In this document: one piece after another, positions 62,287 through 64,000 of the stretch | Numbering within the stretch: the stretch's first letter is position 1 | Layout of the letters: each line of letters opens with the position of its first letter | NCBI GenBank assembly: GCA_010015805.1 | Contig: ML978144.1 | Span: 1-64,000, forward strand | Direction: 5' to 3' | Source: Rhizodiscina lignyota | Lineage: Eukaryota | Length of the DNA stretch: 64,000 bases | Program-made: the position numbers and the translations under genes | The notes under the pieces: generated by a model | What the model was told of the DNA's origin: nothing | The model's database searches: none | Seen by the model: only the letters and a program-made list of their open reading frames with translations

Positions 62287-63888
62287 ATGAGCAGACATTA
62301 TCTACATGAGTTGCAGGGCTTTGCTGGAGATGCATTACTGCTTTCTTTTGCTGCTACCTGCTTGGTAAGTTGAAAAAGTCTTAATTCATCAATTCTCTAA
62401 CCAAATTTGTAGGGACTAGCTCTTCTGATAACAACTCGCTCCGTTTACAATATTTTTTTTCATCCTTTAAAGTCATATCCTGGACCGAAATTATGGGCGG
62501 CATCTCATCTTCCAAGACAATACTACGATCTCCGAGGGACTCTCGACTTTAAAATTCGAGACTTGCATGAGCGGTACGGTGATGCTATCCGGATTGAACC
62601 AGACTCGTTGTCGTACACCAACTCGCATGCATGGAAAGATATCAATGGCTACGGCGTACACAATCTTGAGAAAGATCCTGTCCTGCATAACCAAGTCAAG
62701 AAAGGTATTGCACAGCCTGGCATCATTCAAGCAGATGCGCCGAATCACGCGCGTATACGAAGACAATTGGCACACGCATTCAGCGAGAAAGCATTGCGTG
62801 ACCAAGAACCCATTATTGTCAGATATGTCGATACATTGATCTCTCAGCTGGAGGACGTAGCCGCTTCCGGGGAGAAGACGGACATCTTGCTCAAATACAC
62901 TTACACAACTGTCGACATCACATCTGAGCTCTCGTTTGGCACCTCACTCGATGTTCTCCGCAACGACAAATTCAGACCTTGGGTTACCATTCAAAGTAAC
63001 ATGGGATCAATACTAATGTCGATGAAATTTGTCGAACTCTACCCGCTTCTCACTCCGCTCATACGGTGGCTCATACCAAAGCAGGTGATCCAAGGGATGA
63101 AGGAGAATCGAGTATATGTAAACCGAGTGGTTCAAGATCGAATTAAAGAAGGAGCCATGGAGGAGCGTCGGGATTTCTTTTCCTATATTCTCAGGAATAA
63201 AGAGAAGGATAACGAAATGACCAACAGTGAGATGTGCGAGACGGCACGTACCTTGATTCTCGCAGGCGCTGATACCACAAAAACTCTTCTGTCTGCGGTA
63301 ACGTTTTACCTGCTCACGAATCCGTTTTGGATGCGCAAAGTTGTCCAAGAAGTCCGGTCCGCTTTTCAGCATGAAGGAGACATCAACTTTGTTGATGCAT
63401 CTGCCAAGCTTCCATTGATGCTCGCATGCCTCGATGAAGCTCTACGTCTACACCCGCCTGGAGCGTCTTTCTTGTTTGCGCGCCGAACATCTCCTCACAC
63501 CACTATCAGTATCCTCGGGCACGATATCCCGCCTTCAACCTCCGTAACCATGCATCCATTATCTACTTTCACATGCAGCGCTAACTTTCATGATCCTCTT
63601 CGCTTCCATCCTGAGCGATTTCTACCGTCTGCATCAGAACCTGGATCGCCATTCGCAAATGACGACAAGTTCGCTTTCCAACCATTCTTCTACGGACCGA
63701 GGAATTGTATTGGACGAAATTTGGCATACAACAAAATGCGCTTGATTTTAGCGAGAGTCCTGTGGAAGTTCGACTTCAGTTTGTGTGAGGAGAGTCGCAA
63801 TTGGGACACGCATAGAATTTGGATGTTTTGGGAGGATACGCCATTGTGGATTACTCTCAAAATCAGACAAGACCTATCAACTGCTTGA
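62287..63888 (+). CDS. Cytochrome P450 (CYP65-like secondary-metabolism group)
   Basis: HPLKSYPGPK, AGADTT I-helix, DEALR, FHPERF, FFYGPRNCIG heme motif; intron 62365-62412. Confidence 0.95.
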
Positions 63889-64000
63889 ATGTACGGTAAT
63901 ACCTATGATTACACAATCCTATTCACGGGTCATCAACCTTATGCAATAATAGATACGGAGCTCCAGTAAAGGACAAATCGCGGAATGGCGTCGGAGGGCC

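Noticed and set aside
54831..63888. Secondary-metabolite cluster around the P450 and aminotransferase
   Set aside because: Housekeeping genes intervene and there is no PKS, NRPS or terpene synthase in the window; a cluster could lie beyond the right edge

Overview
Intron-containing fungal genomic DNA (filamentous ascomycete, Pezizomycotina-type splice and branch signals) with about 24 protein-coding genes. I saw no RNA genes, CRISPR arrays or intact transposons. Recognisable conserved genes: WDR70-like WD40, RIX1, YPP1/TTC7-like, STE3-type pheromone receptor, S1/P1 nuclease, a Gti1/Pac2 (WOPR) regulator, NDUFA12 and PGS1. They are interspersed with accessory metabolic genes: Asp/Glu racemase-fold enzyme, DHA1 MFS transporter, GNAT, two FAD monooxygenases, SDR, class-III aminotransferase and a P450. 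Manual splicing gives two unusual chimeric genes that the ORF track splits. (1) A ~1000-aa TALE-homeodomain + multi-C2H2 protein spliced in frame to a Pcl/Clg1-type cyclin domain (50912-54510). (2) A caspase-like His/Cys protease domain spliced in frame to an apparent SUMO/ubiquitin-like domain (59803-61236, minus). Other oddities: an ATG split by an intron, two GC-AG introns, a 7-nt microexon, and a ~7-kb gene-free region with uORFs upstream of the WOPR regulator. All family calls come from motif recognition by eye; no searches were run.
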